A DNA stretch of 60,942 nt from an uncultured Rhodospirillaceae bacterium (GCA_937880925.1 CALGGB010000138.1:1-60942); one strand, 5' to 3'. Counted from the first letter of the stretch, positions 20,886-31,423 are shown. Made by a program: numbers and translations. The notes: generated by a model from the sequence alone, not told the origin.

Positions 20886-22306
20886 GCACCATGAACCCGG
20901 AACTGCGCCGTTATCTCTGGCTGGAACTCTCTCCGGCGCGTCTGATCGCCATGCCGCTGGTGATCGGCGCGCTGATGTTGCTCGTCGGCGCCTGGGCCTT
21001 TCAGGCCGGCCAACCCATGGGCGGCGCGGACCTGCTGGAGGGTTTCACGGCGCTGGGCAGCACCGGCTTTGCCCTGCTGGTGCTGTTCTGGGGCGCGCGT
21101 CTTTCGGCCAATGCGGTGATCCGCGAGATCGCCGACCGCACCTGGGACCAGCAGCGCCTGAGTTCCACCGGGGCCTGGGCGATGACCTGGGGCAAGCTGA
21201 TCGGCAGCACGATCTTCGTCTGGTACGGCTGCCTCCTTCTGCTGGTCCTTGCCTGCGTTTCGATGATCCTGTGGCAGGTGTTCCATGGCGGTGTCGGCCT
21301 GATGTTTCACGCTCCGCTCTGGGTCGTGCTGGCGCAGATGATCCTGGGGCTTCTGGCCTTCGCCGTGCTCGTGCTTGCGAGCGTCATGCTGATCGCCATG
21401 ACGGCGGTGGCGCGGCGCGAGACCGGGCGCCAGCTTGACGTCTCCATTGCCCAGATCGTCGTCATCCTGGCCGCCCTGATGCTGTTCAGTTCCTTCAGCG
21501 ACCGCAGTCAGGATGCTCGCATCCTCTGGTACGGTCTCGATCTCGACGCCATGTGGTTTGCCGTGGCCAGTGTTGCGGCCTTTGCCGCCTGGGCGGTGGT
21601 CGGCTTGTGGCGGCGCATGCGTGTCGAGCTGCAGGTGCGCAACTGGCCGGTGCTGTGGCCGGTGTTCGCGGTCTTCACGGGAATCTGGTGCGCCGGCTTC
21701 GTGGATGGGGTCGGTTCGGTCGTGATCGCCGCAGTCGTCGTCCTGCTGGCCGGATATGTGCCTGCCGTGCTGGAGCAGCCCGATCCCGTGCGACTGCGCC
21801 GCCTGCTTGCCGCGATGCGCCAGCGCGACATGGGGACGGCACTGCGCTTCATGCCCTTGTGGCTGGTCAATCATGTTGTGGCCCTGGTCGCGGTGCTGAT
21901 CGCGTCGGCAGCCCTTCTCTCGGCCGACGGCAATACGGCAGGGCAGGGCATCGAGCGGATCGATGGCCTTGCCTTTGCCGCGGGTACGCTGTTTGCGTTC
22001 TATCTGTTCGTCACCCGCGACCTGTTGCTGCTGGTCTTTGCCGCACTGGGCAAGGGCGGCCGGCGCGCCTTTGCCACCTGGCTGCTGTGGATGGCGGTGC
22101 TCTACGGCCTGGTGCCGATGATCCTGGCGGCCACGGGCCTTTACGCCAGCCTGCCGGTCTTCGTGCCGGTGTGGAACATCTCGCTGATCGACTTCGCCGT
22201 GCCGCCGGTGGTCTGGCCGCTGCTGGAGGTCGCCGCCGCACTCATTCTCGTGCGCTGGCGCTGGCGCCGTTTCGCGACCGCCAGGCTCGATGCCCCTGCG
22301 CGCTAG
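20882..22306 (+). CDS. Polytopic membrane protein, ABC-2-type permease-like N-terminal half with an extra C-terminal membrane domain
   Basis: 474-aa ORF whose start overlaps the ATPase stop (ATGA). It has many hydrophobic helices. The REIADRTWDQQRLSSTG block resembles the conserved loop of ABC-2 permeases. It is about twice the usual permease length. Confidence 0.65.
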   Translation: MSTMNPELRRYLWLELSPARLIAMPLVIGALMLLVGAWAFQAGQPMGGADLLEGFTALGSTGFALLVLFWGARLSANAVIREIADRTWDQQRLSSTGAWAMTWGKLIGSTIFVWYGCLLLLVLACVSMILWQVFHGGVGLMFHAPLWVVLAQMILGLLAFAVLVLASVMLIAMTAVARRETGRQLDVSIAQIVVILAALMLFSSFSDRSQDARILWYGLDLDAMWFAVASVAAFAAWAVVGLWRRMRVELQVRNWPVLWPVFAVFTGIWCAGFVDGVGSVVIAAVVVLLAGYVPAVLEQPDPVRLRRLLAAMRQRDMGTALRFMPLWLVNHVVALVAVLIASAALLSADGNTAGQGIERIDGLAFAAGTLFAFYLFVTRDLLLLVFAALGKGGRRAFATWLLWMAVLYGLVPMILAATGLYASLPVFVPVWNISLIDFAVPPVVWPLLEVAAALILVRWRWRRFATARLDAPAR

Positions 22307-23247
22307 AAATCGTAGGCGACCGGGGTCGCCTTCCAGCCTTCCTCGTGTTTCTTCCAGTATTCGGCGTGGATCGCGCGGCTGATCGGGCCCGGCGCGCCGT
22401 TCGACAGGATGCGGTCGTCGATCCGCCGGATCGGCATCACGCCGCCCGCGGTCGAGGCCATGAAGATCTCGTCGGCGTCGAGAAACTCCTGCTTCGTGAT
22501 GTCGCGTACCTGGTTGGGCAGGCCCAGGATGTCGCACAACTCGTGCACCGCCTTGCGGGTGATGCCTTCCAGCGCGCCGTGGCCGGGGCTGGTGACGACG
22601 CCGTCGAGCACGGCAAAGACGTTGGAGCCGGGACATTCGGCAATGAAGCCATCGGGACCCAGCAGCACGGCATAGTCGGCTCCGGCATCCTCAACCTCGA
22701 AGAGCGCGTTGGTGAAATCGCCCCAGTGGTAGTTCTTGATCGTGGGATCGACTGCCGAAGGCGCAATGCGCTCGACCTTCGAGACGATCATGTGGGCGCC
22801 GGTCTCCTGCACCTGTGGCTTCATGATCCACACGAAGGGAATGGCATAGCAGATCAGGTTGTTGCGGCCCTTGAAGTTGCTTGGCAGACGCTTGGGCCAG
22901 CTTGGATCCGGCAGGCCGCGCGTCAGCACCATGGCGACATAGGCGTCTTTCAGGCCTGAACGCGCGACGCAACCGTGCAGGATGGCGGCAAGACCCTCGC
23001 GGTCGACGGGCAGTTCCATGCGCAGTCCCTTGACCGAGTTCTCGAAGCGCTCGAGGTGGTCGTCGAGGCGGAAGAAGCTGCCCTGCCAGACATGCACCAC
23101 ATCGTAGGTGACGTCGGAGCGCACGAAGCCCCAGTCGAAGACCGAAAGCTTGGCCTCGGCGGCAGGGACGAACGCGCCGTCGATCCAGGCCGCACCCCTG
23201 GAGTAATCGACGGCCTCATCGGCACGGAGCTTTTCAAGTGCAGCCAT
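22303..23247 (-). CDS. Fold-type IV PLP aminotransferase (BCAT/DAAT family; (R)-amine transaminase-like fingerprint)
   Basis: 314-aa ORF preceded by GAGGAGA. It carries the blocks FVRSDVTYDVVHVWQGSFFRLDDHLERF, DAYVAMVLTRGL, DPTIKNYHWGD, EGITRK and IFMASTAGGVMPI. Confidence 0.85.
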   Translation of the reverse strand: MAALEKLRADEAVDYSRGAAWIDGAFVPAAEAKLSVFDWGFVRSDVTYDVVHVWQGSFFRLDDHLERFENSVKGLRMELPVDREGLAAILHGCVARSGLKDAYVAMVLTRGLPDPSWPKRLPSNFKGRNNLICYAIPFVWIMKPQVQETGAHMIVSKVERIAPSAVDPTIKNYHWGDFTNALFEVEDAGADYAVLLGPDGFIAECPGSNVFAVLDGVVTSPGHGALEGITRKAVHELCDILGLPNQVRDITKQEFLDADEIFMASTAGGVMPIRRIDDRILSNGAPGPISRAIHAEYWKKHEEGWKATPVAYDF

Positions 23248-23313
23248 CCTGGTCTCCTCGCGTTATCCCATGGGAAGGATAGTCGCCGGGGACGCGCGCG
23301 GCTATGGTCAAGC

Positions 23314-24267
23314 ATGGACATCCACGCATCCAGGAAAGTCATCTACGCCGCGCTTGTCGGCAATACGCTGATCGCCATCACCAAGTTCGCCGCTGCGGCC
23401 TGGACAGGCAGTTCGGCGATGCTGAGCGAAGCCGTGCACTCGGTGGTCGATACCGGCAACCAGTGCCTCATGCTCTATGGCATGAAGCGGGCCGCCCGGC
23501 CCGCCGATGCGCGCCACCCCTTCGGCTATGGACCGGAGCTCTATTTCTGGACCTTCGTCGTGGCGATCCTGATCTTTGCCGGCGGCGCAGGCGTCTCGAT
23601 CTACGAAGGCATCGACAAGGTGCGGCACCCGCATGCCCACACTGACGCCTGGATCAACTACATCGTTCTGGGCGCGGCCCTGATCTTCGAGGGCGCCGCC
23701 TGGATGGTTGCCTTCCGCGAATTCAGCCGTACGCGCAAGCGGGGCGGCACCTTCATGAACGCCGTGCGCGTCAGCAAGGACCCGACGGTCTTCACGGTTC
23801 TCTTCGAGGACAGCGCCGCGGTGCTGGGCCTGCTGGTCGCGTTCATCGGCGTCCTGCTCTCGGACCAGCTCGGCATGCCTGTGCTCGACGGCGTCGCTTC
23901 CATCGGCATCGGCTGCATCCTGGGCGGCACCGCTGTCCTGCTGGCCATCGAGACCAAGAGTCTGCTGATCGGCGAGAGCGCCTTGCCCGAGACGGTGGAG
24001 AGCATCCGCCGTGCGGCGCGCTCGCACCGCGGCGTCGCGCGGGTCAACGAGGTGCTGACCATGCACCTTGGCCCCGGCGACATCCTGGTGAACCTGAGTC
24101 TGGATTTCGAACCCTATCTCAGTGCCGGCGACATCGAGGACGCGGTCACCGAAATCGAACGCGACATCCGCAGCAGGCACGACGAGGTCAAGCGCATCTT
24201 CGTCGAAGCCCAGGACTGGGCCGATCACAGGCGCGAGCGGCGCATGGAGCAGCGCGAGCAGGAGTGA
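23314..24267 (+). CDS. Cation diffusion facilitator (CDF) family metal efflux transporter
   Basis: ORF 22975..24267, with the start moved to ATG 23314 (MDIHASRKVIYAALVGN...). It has the six-helix pattern with HSVVDTGNQ and a C-terminal cytoplasmic domain (VNEVLTMHLGPGDILVNLSL). Confidence 0.85.
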   Translation: MDIHASRKVIYAALVGNTLIAITKFAAAAWTGSSAMLSEAVHSVVDTGNQCLMLYGMKRAARPADARHPFGYGPELYFWTFVVAILIFAGGAGVSIYEGIDKVRHPHAHTDAWINYIVLGAALIFEGAAWMVAFREFSRTRKRGGTFMNAVRVSKDPTVFTVLFEDSAAVLGLLVAFIGVLLSDQLGMPVLDGVASIGIGCILGGTAVLLAIETKSLLIGESALPETVESIRRAARSHRGVARVNEVLTMHLGPGDILVNLSLDFEPYLSAGDIEDAVTEIERDIRSRHDEVKRIFVEAQDWADHRRERRMEQREQE

Positions 24268-24316
24268 GGCTTGCGGCGCGCCATGGTTCGCCGGACGTAA
24301 CCCGACCAGAGGGCCG

Positions 24317-25639
24317 ATGGAGAAGATCGTCGAGACGGCACGCGAGCTGGCACTGAAGGCCGTGATCTGGCTGCGGGCCGAGGTCATGACGCCTGACGCA
24401 CTGATTCAGGCGCTGATCGTGATCGGCACCTTCATGCTGGCCTTGCTGCTCGATCCGCCCGTGCGGCGCATGGTGGGCAGGGCGCTGTCGGGCCTGCGGG
24501 AAGACGGCAACCTGCGGCGCCTGATCGATGCTGTGCTGGGGCACATGCGGCTGATCGTCTGGCTCGTGCTGCTCGTGGTTGGCCGGGAGACCGCCCGCTA
24601 CATGGATTCGAGCGGCGAGCTTCTCGTGATCGCCATCAGCCTGCTTGCCGCCTGGATCGTCATCCAGCTTGGCGCACGGCTGCTGCGCGATCCGTTCTGG
24701 GAGCGTGTGGTCAGCGTCATCGCATGGAGCATTGCCGCTCTCAGTATCCTCGACCTGATCGAGCCGACCCGCAGGGCGCTCGACACCATCGGCCTCGATC
24801 TCGGGGAGTCACGGCTCTCGATGCTGACCGTGGTGCAGGGATTGCTCGCGCTGGCGGTTTTCATGTGGCTTGCCAATCTGGTCGGCCACTTCGTGGAGAA
24901 GCGCCTGCAGGGCGCTTCCGGCATCACGCCCTCGCTGCAGGTGCTGTTCTCGAAGGTCGTGCGCGCCGGCCTGATTGCCCTGGCGATCGTCGTGGCGCTG
25001 GGCACCGCAGGCGTCGACCTCACGGCCTTCGCCATCTTCTCGGGCGCCCTGGGTGTCGGGCTGGGCTTTGGCCTGCAGAAGGTCGTCTCCAACCTGATCA
25101 GCGGCATCATCCTGTTGCTCGACCGTTCGATCAAGCCGGGCGACGTCATCGCCATCGACGACACCTACGGCCACATCAATTCGCTGCGCGCGCGCTATGT
25201 CTCGGTCATCACGCGGGATTCCACCGAGTTCCTCATCCTCAACGAGGACCTCATCACCCAGCGGGTGGAGAACTGGACCTATTCCAGCACCCAGGTGCGC
25301 CTGAAGATTCCGGTAGGTGTTTCCTACGACAGCGACGTTCCCAGGGCGATCGAGCTTTGCGTGGAATCGGCACAGGCGGTCGCACGGGTGCTTGACGAGC
25401 CTGCGCCGCGCTGCCTGCTGCGGGGCTTCGGCGACAGCTCGGTCGATCTCGAGCTCCGGCTGTGGATCGAAGACCCCGCCAACGGCATTACCAACGTGCG
25501 CAGCGACGTGATGCTGGAAATCTGGGAGCGCTTCCACGCCAACGACATCGGCTTCCCGTTCCCGCAGCGCGATTTGCATCTGCGGACTGTTCCCGAAGGC
25601 TGGATCCGCAAGGAGCCCGGCGAAGCAGAAAAGGCTTAG
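24317..25639 (+). CDS. Mechanosensitive ion channel, MscS family
   Basis: ORF 24122..25639, with the start moved to ATG 24317, which is preceded by GAGGG. It has several N-terminal TM helices followed by the MscS pore/beta-domain (LISGIILLLDRSIKPGDVIAIDDTYGHINSLRARYVSVITRD). Confidence 0.85.
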   Translation: MEKIVETARELALKAVIWLRAEVMTPDALIQALIVIGTFMLALLLDPPVRRMVGRALSGLREDGNLRRLIDAVLGHMRLIVWLVLLVVGRETARYMDSSGELLVIAISLLAAWIVIQLGARLLRDPFWERVVSVIAWSIAALSILDLIEPTRRALDTIGLDLGESRLSMLTVVQGLLALAVFMWLANLVGHFVEKRLQGASGITPSLQVLFSKVVRAGLIALAIVVALGTAGVDLTAFAIFSGALGVGLGFGLQKVVSNLISGIILLLDRSIKPGDVIAIDDTYGHINSLRARYVSVITRDSTEFLILNEDLITQRVENWTYSSTQVRLKIPVGVSYDSDVPRAIELCVESAQAVARVLDEPAPRCLLRGFGDSSVDLELRLWIEDPANGITNVRSDVMLEIWERFHANDIGFPFPQRDLHLRTVPEGWIRKEPGEAEKA

Positions 25640-26676
25640 CGGTCGCGCGCCAGCACGGCGATGTGGTCGTGGAGGGCGTCGCGGATTGGCGCGCCGGCCT
25701 GCTCCCAGGTGCCGGTCCAGACGCCGTTGGCATTGACCTCCAGGACATAGAGGGTTTCACCCACCGGCATCAGGTCGAACACGGCATAGCCCAGTTCCAG
25801 GCGGCGGGCGCAGGCGATGAGATCGGCGTCGAATCGCTGCCAGGTCTGCGACAGGCGGACATCCTCTGCGGCCAGGCCGCGGGTGCGGACATCGGGATGT
25901 GCCTCGTCGGTACCCTTGCGGGACATCTCCAGGGTCAGCACACGCTCGCCGATGACATAGGCGCGCAGCTCCACGGGGGCATCGATCCGCTCCTGCAGAA
26001 TGACCGGCGCTGCGCGGCCCTTGGCGTCACATTCCGCTGCCGGCCGGGCAAGCAGGATGCGGCCTTCGCCCAGCAGCTCGCCCGTGAAGGTGCCTTCCGA
26101 GAGATTCTTGGCGACAGCGCGGCGTTCGGACAGAAAGTCCGCGGCGCTGGCGTCGTTGCCGATCCATGTCGGCGGCACCGCCATCGGCAGGCGAAAGGCT
26201 GCCATCTGGATCAGCTTGTTGGACGCCGCGCGCGCCTTCAGGGGGGCGTTGAGGCAGCGGCCCCAGAGCGGCATGGCATGCTCCATCCATGCCTGAATGG
26301 CGCGCCACTGGCGATGCTCCCAGTGACCATCTTCCCGGTTACGCTCGGGCGGTTGCAGCGCAAGATCCTCGGGCTCGAAGGAATAGGGAAAATAGACGAA
26401 GGCCGAGGCGCCCGACAGGTTGATGGTACCGCAGCCATCCTGGCGAAGCGTCGTGCGGTCGGCGACCACGGTAATCTCGCTGGAGGGATCGTTGAAATAG
26501 ACCACCCGGGTCTCGATGTCGGGAAAGCGCTCGATGAAGCGCCGGGTCGCCAGATAGTCGCCGGCATCGCCTGCACGGGTCGTGCGCCACGGTGGCGTGA
26601 CGAGAAACACCAGATCAGGCGTGTCCAAGGAGAACCTCGCGTTGAGGAACCGGCCAGTGCCGCCGGCGCGAGGCAC
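25636..26676 (-). CDS. ATP-grasp family enzyme, RimK/MvdD-like, substrate unknown
   Basis: 346-aa ORF. The layout is [23 protein letters not shown], then [23 protein letters not shown], then DVR..., then [24 protein letters not shown]. This is colinear with ATP-grasp ligases of the RimK/microviridin-ligase type. The start is ambiguous: GTG 26676, or TTG 26628 with GAGG upstream. Confidence 0.6.
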   Translation of the reverse strand: MPRAGGTGRFLNARFSLDTPDLVFLVTPPWRTTRAGDAGDYLATRRFIERFPDIETRVVYFNDPSSEITVVADRTTLRQDGCGTINLSGASAFVYFPYSFEPEDLALQPPERNREDGHWEHRQWRAIQAWMEHAMPLWGRCLNAPLKARAASNKLIQMAAFRLPMAVPPTWIGNDASAADFLSERRAVAKNLSEGTFTGELLGEGRILLARPAAECDAKGRAAPVILQERIDAPVELRAYVIGERVLTLEMSRKGTDEAHPDVRTRGLAAEDVRLSQTWQRFDADLIACARRLELGYAVFDLMPVGETLYVLEVNANGVWTGTWEQAGAPIRDALHDHIAVLARDR

Positions 26677-26794
26677 TCTGCCGCCGCCGCTGGCCCCTCC
26701 GCAAGCCTCAACCCATGAACAGGCTGCTGGCGCCCGGCTATGGGATCGGCCAACTTCGACCCCATATGGACAAAACGATTTCGGAGGACATGAC

Positions 26795-28174
26795 GTGGCG
26801 CAATACGATTACGACCTGTTTGTCATTGGCGGCGGCTCGGGCGGTGTGCGTGCGGCGCGCTTTTCGGCTGGCCTTGGCGCGAAGGTCGCCATTGCGGAGG
26901 AACGCTACTGGGGCGGGACCTGCGTGAATGTCGGCTGCATTCCCAAGAAGCTGTTTGTCTATGCCTCCCACTTCGCCGAGGACTTTCACGACGCCAAGGG
27001 ATTCGGCTGGGACGTCGGCACGCCGACCTTCGACTGGGCGACGCTGCGCGACAACAAGACCAGGGAGATCGAGCGGCTCAACGGCATCTACGATCACATG
27101 CTGAAGAACGCCGGCTGCGATCTCCATTGGGGGCGCGCCACTGTGGTCGATGCACACACCGTGGCTGTCGGTGAGCAGCGCTTCAGCGCGCGCCACATTC
27201 TGGTTGCCGTCGGCGGCTGGCCCTTTGTGCCCGACATTCCCGGCAAGGAGCATGTCGTCACCTCCAACGAGGCCTTCTTCCTCGACAAGCTGCCCAAGCG
27301 CATGGTGATCGTGGGCGGGGGCTACATCGCGGTGGAGTTTGCCGGCATCTTCCACGGTCTGGGCGTGGAGGTGACGCAGCTCTATCGTGGGTCCCATTTC
27401 CTGCGTGGCTTCGATGACGATATCCGCGAGCACCTGGCGGTGGAGATGCGCCGCAAGGGCATCGACCTGCGCTTCAACGCCAACCTCGACGCCGTTATGC
27501 AGGAAGACGGCAAGACCATCGCGTGCCTGGACAATGGCGCCGAGATCGAGACCGATCTGGTCATGTACGCCACCGGGCGCAAGCCGCTGACCGCTGGTAT
27601 CGGTCTGGAGGAGGCCGGTGTTGTCATGAACGACGACGGCACGATCAAGGTCGATCGGCACTTCCGAAGCTCCGTGCCCTCAATTCTGGCGCTGGGCGAC
27701 ATCACCGAAGGGCCCGAACTGACGCCCGTGGCGCTGGCCGAAGGCATGGCGATCGCCAGGACCCTGTTTGCCGATACTCCCACCACCGTCGACTACGATC
27801 TTGTACCTTCGGCTGTTTTCAGCCAGCCGCCCATCGCCAGTGTCGGGCTGACCGAGACGAGAGCCCGTGACCGTCATGGCGACAACCTCGATATCTACGT
27901 TTCGGAGTTCCGCGCGCTCAAGAACACCGTGTCGGGCAATCAGAAGCGCACCCTGATGAAGCTGATCGTGGAGCAGAGCAGCGACCGTGTGCTGGGCGTT
28001 CACATGATCGGTCCCGACGCCGGCGAGATCGTGCAGGGGCTGGCGGTGGCGCTCAAGGCCGGGGCGACCAAGGCGGTGTTCGACGCCACGATCGGGATTC
28101 ACCCCACTGCGGCGGAGGAATTCGTAACCATGCGCCAGGTCACCCGCAGCGGCGCCCGCGAAGCGGCGGAGTAA
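26795..28174 (+). CDS. gor: Glutathione-disulfide reductase
   Basis: ORF 26582..28174, with the start placed at GTG 26795, 6 nt after GGAGGA (26783..26788). It has the FAD motif [14 protein letters not shown], the redox-active [13 protein letters not shown] and the C-terminal [11 protein letters not shown]. Confidence 0.9.
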   Translation: MAQYDYDLFVIGGGSGGVRAARFSAGLGAKVAIAEERYWGGTCVNVGCIPKKLFVYASHFAEDFHDAKGFGWDVGTPTFDWATLRDNKTREIERLNGIYDHMLKNAGCDLHWGRATVVDAHTVAVGEQRFSARHILVAVGGWPFVPDIPGKEHVVTSNEAFFLDKLPKRMVIVGGGYIAVEFAGIFHGLGVEVTQLYRGSHFLRGFDDDIREHLAVEMRRKGIDLRFNANLDAVMQEDGKTIACLDNGAEIETDLVMYATGRKPLTAGIGLEEAGVVMNDDGTIKVDRHFRSSVPSILALGDITEGPELTPVALAEGMAIARTLFADTPTTVDYDLVPSAVFSQPPIASVGLTETRARDRHGDNLDIYVSEFRALKNTVSGNQKRTLMKLIVEQSSDRVLGVHMIGPDAGEIVQGLAVALKAGATKAVFDATIGIHPTAAEEFVTMRQVTRSGAREAAE

Positions 28175-28180
28175 AGACCG

Positions 28181-28705
28181 CTAGTCTCCTTTGGCCCTGA
28201 GTGGGGCCGTTGCCAGCAGACTGAGCTGGTGATCGCCCAGTTGGGAGGCGTAGCTCGTGCCCAGTGGCTGGAAGCCGTGATGGCTAAAGACCTGTTGCAG
28301 GCTCCTGGCTTCGGTGCGGACCGTGGCAAACAGTCCCCAGTCGGGCGCTGCCTCCCGCCCCGCGGCAATCAGGCGGTCGGCGTGGCCTTTGCCTCTTTCG
28401 CTGGCGACGACAAACAGCCAGCCGAACTCCAGCGGATGGGCATCCATGCATTCGCGAACCCCGGCACGGTCAAAGATCGACTGGCGATAGGCGGGAGCGG
28501 GAAGCTTGATGGCGGCAACGCCGATCAGGCGTTCACCGGTGAAGAGGTAGATCAGGCGGTGGGCGCGTCTGATGCGCTGCTCCAGCCGTTCGGGTTCGAC
28601 GCCGATCTCGGTTCCGGCATGAATGAACGGCGCCAGGCCGCCTTCCGGGACCTCGTGGGGCTCCTTGACCAGGATGGTGGGTGTCTGGGGCATGAGCTTG
28701 GGCAT
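28181..28705 (-). CDS. GNAT-family N-acetyltransferase (probable)
   Basis: ORF 28181..28951, with the start moved to ATG 28705 (28693 is an alternative). It has a GWLFVVASERGKGHADRL block resembling the acetyl-CoA-binding motif A of GNATs. Confidence 0.5.
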   Translation of the reverse strand: MPKLMPQTPTILVKEPHEVPEGGLAPFIHAGTEIGVEPERLEQRIRRAHRLIYLFTGERLIGVAAIKLPAPAYRQSIFDRAGVRECMDAHPLEFGWLFVVASERGKGHADRLIAAGREAAPDWGLFATVRTEARSLQQVFSHHGFQPLGTSYASQLGDHQLSLLATAPLRAKGD

Positions 28706-28872
28706 TCTCTGGCAGGCAGGAAGCGATCTGGAGTGTCTGTCGGGGCAGGACAAGCCCGGTCGCCGCATGACGCCGGATCGGGCAGTTTTGCTGGAAAACC
28801 GCCATTCCGGAGCGTATACCCGCCAGTCCCGCCCGGGCTGTGGATAACTTTTGACGTGATAAGGACGAGCCG

Positions 28873-30252
28873 ATGACCGCGAAATGGACCCCGTCGACCT
28901 GGCGCGATCTGCCCATTCAGCAGGTTCCGTTCTATCCCGACGCCGCCGCACTGGCCGATGTCGAGACGCAACTGCGCCGCTCGCCGCCGCTGGTCTTTGC
29001 AGGCGAGGCGCGCAACCTCAAGCGTTCGCTTGCGCGGGTCGCAGCGGGCGAGGCCTTCCTGCTGCAGGGCGGCGACTGCGCCGAGAGTTTTGCCGAGTTC
29101 CATCCCGACAATATCCGCGACACCTTCAAGGTGCTGCTGCAGATGGCGATCGTGCTGACCTTCGGCGCGGCCTGTCCCGTGGTGAAGGTGGGCCGCATGG
29201 CGGGCCAGTTCGCCAAGCCCCGTTCGGCCGATACCGAGACGATCGACGGTGTCGAACTGCCCAGCTACCGCGGCGATATCATCAATGGCATCGAGTTCGA
29301 GGAAGCCGCGCGCATCCCCGATCCTCAGAGGGTCTTGCGCGCCTACAATCAGTCCGCCTCGACGCTGAACCTGCTGCGTGCCTTCGCCCAGGGCGGCTTT
29401 GCCGACCTGCATCGTGTGCACCGCTGGACCGCCGACTTCGTCTCCGACAGCCCCCAGGGCCACCGCTATGAGGAGATGGCCCAGCGCATCCAGGAGGCGC
29501 TGTCCTTCATGGAGGCCTGCGGCCTGACGCCCGAGCTGGTGCCCCAGCTGCGCGAGACCGATTTCTACACCGCCCACGAGGCGTTGCTGCTGAACTACGA
29601 GGAGGCCATGACCCGCGTCGATTCCACGACCGGCGACTGGTACGACACGTCCTCGCACCTGCTCTGGATCGGCGACCGCACGCGCCAGCCCGACCATGCC
29701 CATGTCGAGTTTCTGCGCGGCGTCAACAATCCCATCGGCATGAAGTGCGGGCCGAGCCTGGATCCCGACGAGCTGATCCGCCTCATCGATATCCTCAACC
29801 CGTCCAACGAGGCCGGCCGCCTGACGCTCTACAGCCGCATGGGCTCCGACAAGGTCGAGGAGAAGCTGCCGGCGCTGATCCGCGCCGTGGAACGCGAAGG
29901 CCGCACGGTGGTGTGGTCCTGCGATCCCATGCACGGCAACACGGTCAAGGCTTCCACGGGCTACAAGACACGACCCTTCGATCGCATCCTGGCGGAGGTG
30001 AAGGGTTTCTTCGCCGTTCACCGCGCCGAAGGCACCTATCCGGGCGGTGTCCACTTCGAGATGACCGGCCGCGACGTCACGGAGTGCATCGGCGGCGCCC
30101 AGGAGATCACCGATGCCGATCTTTCGGACCGCTACCACACCCATTGCGATCCGCGCCTCAATGCCAGCCAGTCACTGGAGCTTGCCTTCCTGATCGCCGA
30201 GCAGCTTCGCGAGGAGCGCGGCGAAGCCGAACGGGCTGCCGCGGCGCAGTAG
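28873..30252 (+). CDS. 3-deoxy-7-phosphoheptulonate (DAHP) synthase, class II
   Basis: 459-aa ORF preceded by AAGGA. It carries the blocks [37 protein letters not shown] and HGNT, with the length typical of class II (plant-type) DAHP synthases. Confidence 0.92.
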   Translation: MTAKWTPSTWRDLPIQQVPFYPDAAALADVETQLRRSPPLVFAGEARNLKRSLARVAAGEAFLLQGGDCAESFAEFHPDNIRDTFKVLLQMAIVLTFGAACPVVKVGRMAGQFAKPRSADTETIDGVELPSYRGDIINGIEFEEAARIPDPQRVLRAYNQSASTLNLLRAFAQGGFADLHRVHRWTADFVSDSPQGHRYEEMAQRIQEALSFMEACGLTPELVPQLRETDFYTAHEALLLNYEEAMTRVDSTTGDWYDTSSHLLWIGDRTRQPDHAHVEFLRGVNNPIGMKCGPSLDPDELIRLIDILNPSNEAGRLTLYSRMGSDKVEEKLPALIRAVEREGRTVVWSCDPMHGNTVKASTGYKTRPFDRILAEVKGFFAVHRAEGTYPGGVHFEMTGRDVTECIGGAQEITDADLSDRYHTHCDPRLNASQSLELAFLIAEQLREERGEAERAAAAQ

Positions 30253-30277
30253 CGATTTGCGCCGGGGGAGGCGCTTG

Positions 30278-31423
30278 ATGGACGACGGCAAGAACAGCAC
30301 CGGCGCCTGGCCCCGCGAAAGCGATGTCGGCAAGTGGACGGACGCCTACTTCAACCGCACGCGCACCACGGTGCAGGCCTTCGGCGATGTCGAGGTGACC
30401 TATGCCGTGTTCATGCGACGCCCGGTGGTCTGCGCGCCGCGCCTGATGATCGAGTGGCTGGAGGCGATGGCCGCCGCGCGCGGCGCCAGGTTCCACATCG
30501 AGCCGCAGTTCCACGAGGGTCAGTGGGTGGGAGCGGGCGAACCGATGCTCTACCTGACCGGCTCCTTTGCCGATCTGGTCGATCTGGAGACTCTCTACCT
30601 GCAGAAGCTGGGCCCGGCCTGCGTTGCCGCCTACAACGCCTATACCATGTGCGTCGACCTGCCCCAGACCGGGTTTCTCGCCATGGATGCGCGCCATTGC
30701 GCGGGCACCGAGATGGCCGAGATCATGGCCTATGCCGCCTCGGTCGGTTCGGCACGTGCAAAGCGCAAGGCCGATGCCGTGGGTTTCATCGGCAATGCGA
30801 CGGACGCCACCGCCCACTACTTCGGCAACGAAAAGGGTTTCGGCACCATGCCCCATGCCCTGATCGGCTACGCCGGCAGCACGGTGCGCGCCGCCGAAAT
30901 GTTCCATGAGGCCAATCCCGGCGTGCCCATGACCGTGCTGGTCGACTACTTCGGCCAGGAGATTTCCGATGCCCTCGAAGTCTGCCGCCGCTTCCCCGAT
31001 CTGGCGGCATCGGGTGAACTCTCCGTGCGCCTCGACACGGCCGGCGGACGTTACGTCGAGGGGCTGGATACCCAGTCGAGCTACGCCGTGATCGAACGCA
31101 ACGAGCCTTATGCCATTCGCGGCTACCGCTCGGAGACGGAACTGCGCTACCTGATCGGCACCGGCGTTTCGGCCGCGGCCATCTGGCACACCCGCGAGCA
31201 GCTCGACCAGGCCGGCTTCGACAAGGTCAAGATTGTCGCCAGCTCCGGCTTCAGTGCGGCCAAGTGCAAGGTCATGGCGATCGCCAAGGCACCCATCAAT
31301 GTTATCGGCACCGGCAGCTATCTGCCCGATACCTGGTCTGAAACCTACGCCACGGCCGACATTGTCGCCTACGACGGCAAACCGCAGGTCAAGGTCGGCC
31401 GCGAGTTCCTGCTGCGTAGCTAG
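30278..31423 (+). CDS. Nicotinate phosphoribosyltransferase-family protein (type II PRTase, archaeal-type NAPRTase-like)
   Basis: ORF 30257..31423, with ATG 30278 preferred because GGGGGAGG lies upstream. It carries the blocks TDAYFNRT, FGTMPHALI, VLVDYF and SVRLDTAGG, characteristic of the quinolinate/nicotinate PRTase fold. Confidence 0.75.
   Translation: MDDGKNSTGAWPRESDVGKWTDAYFNRTRTTVQAFGDVEVTYAVFMRRPVVCAPRLMIEWLEAMAAARGARFHIEPQFHEGQWVGAGEPMLYLTGSFADLVDLETLYLQKLGPACVAAYNAYTMCVDLPQTGFLAMDARHCAGTEMAEIMAYAASVGSARAKRKADAVGFIGNATDATAHYFGNEKGFGTMPHALIGYAGSTVRAAEMFHEANPGVPMTVLVDYFGQEISDALEVCRRFPDLAASGELSVRLDTAGGRYVEGLDTQSSYAVIERNEPYAIRGYRSETELRYLIGTGVSAAAIWHTREQLDQAGFDKVKIVASSGFSAAKCKVMAIAKAPINVIGTGSYLPDTWSETYATADIVAYDGKPQVKVGREFLLRS

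Noticed and set aside
26677-26794. Short RiPP precursor ORF upstream of the ATP-grasp gene.
   Set aside because: The only open frame (part of track ORF 26238..26765) overlaps the ATP-grasp coding region out of frame. It has no ribosome-binding site and translates to Arg/Ala/Pro-rich filler.
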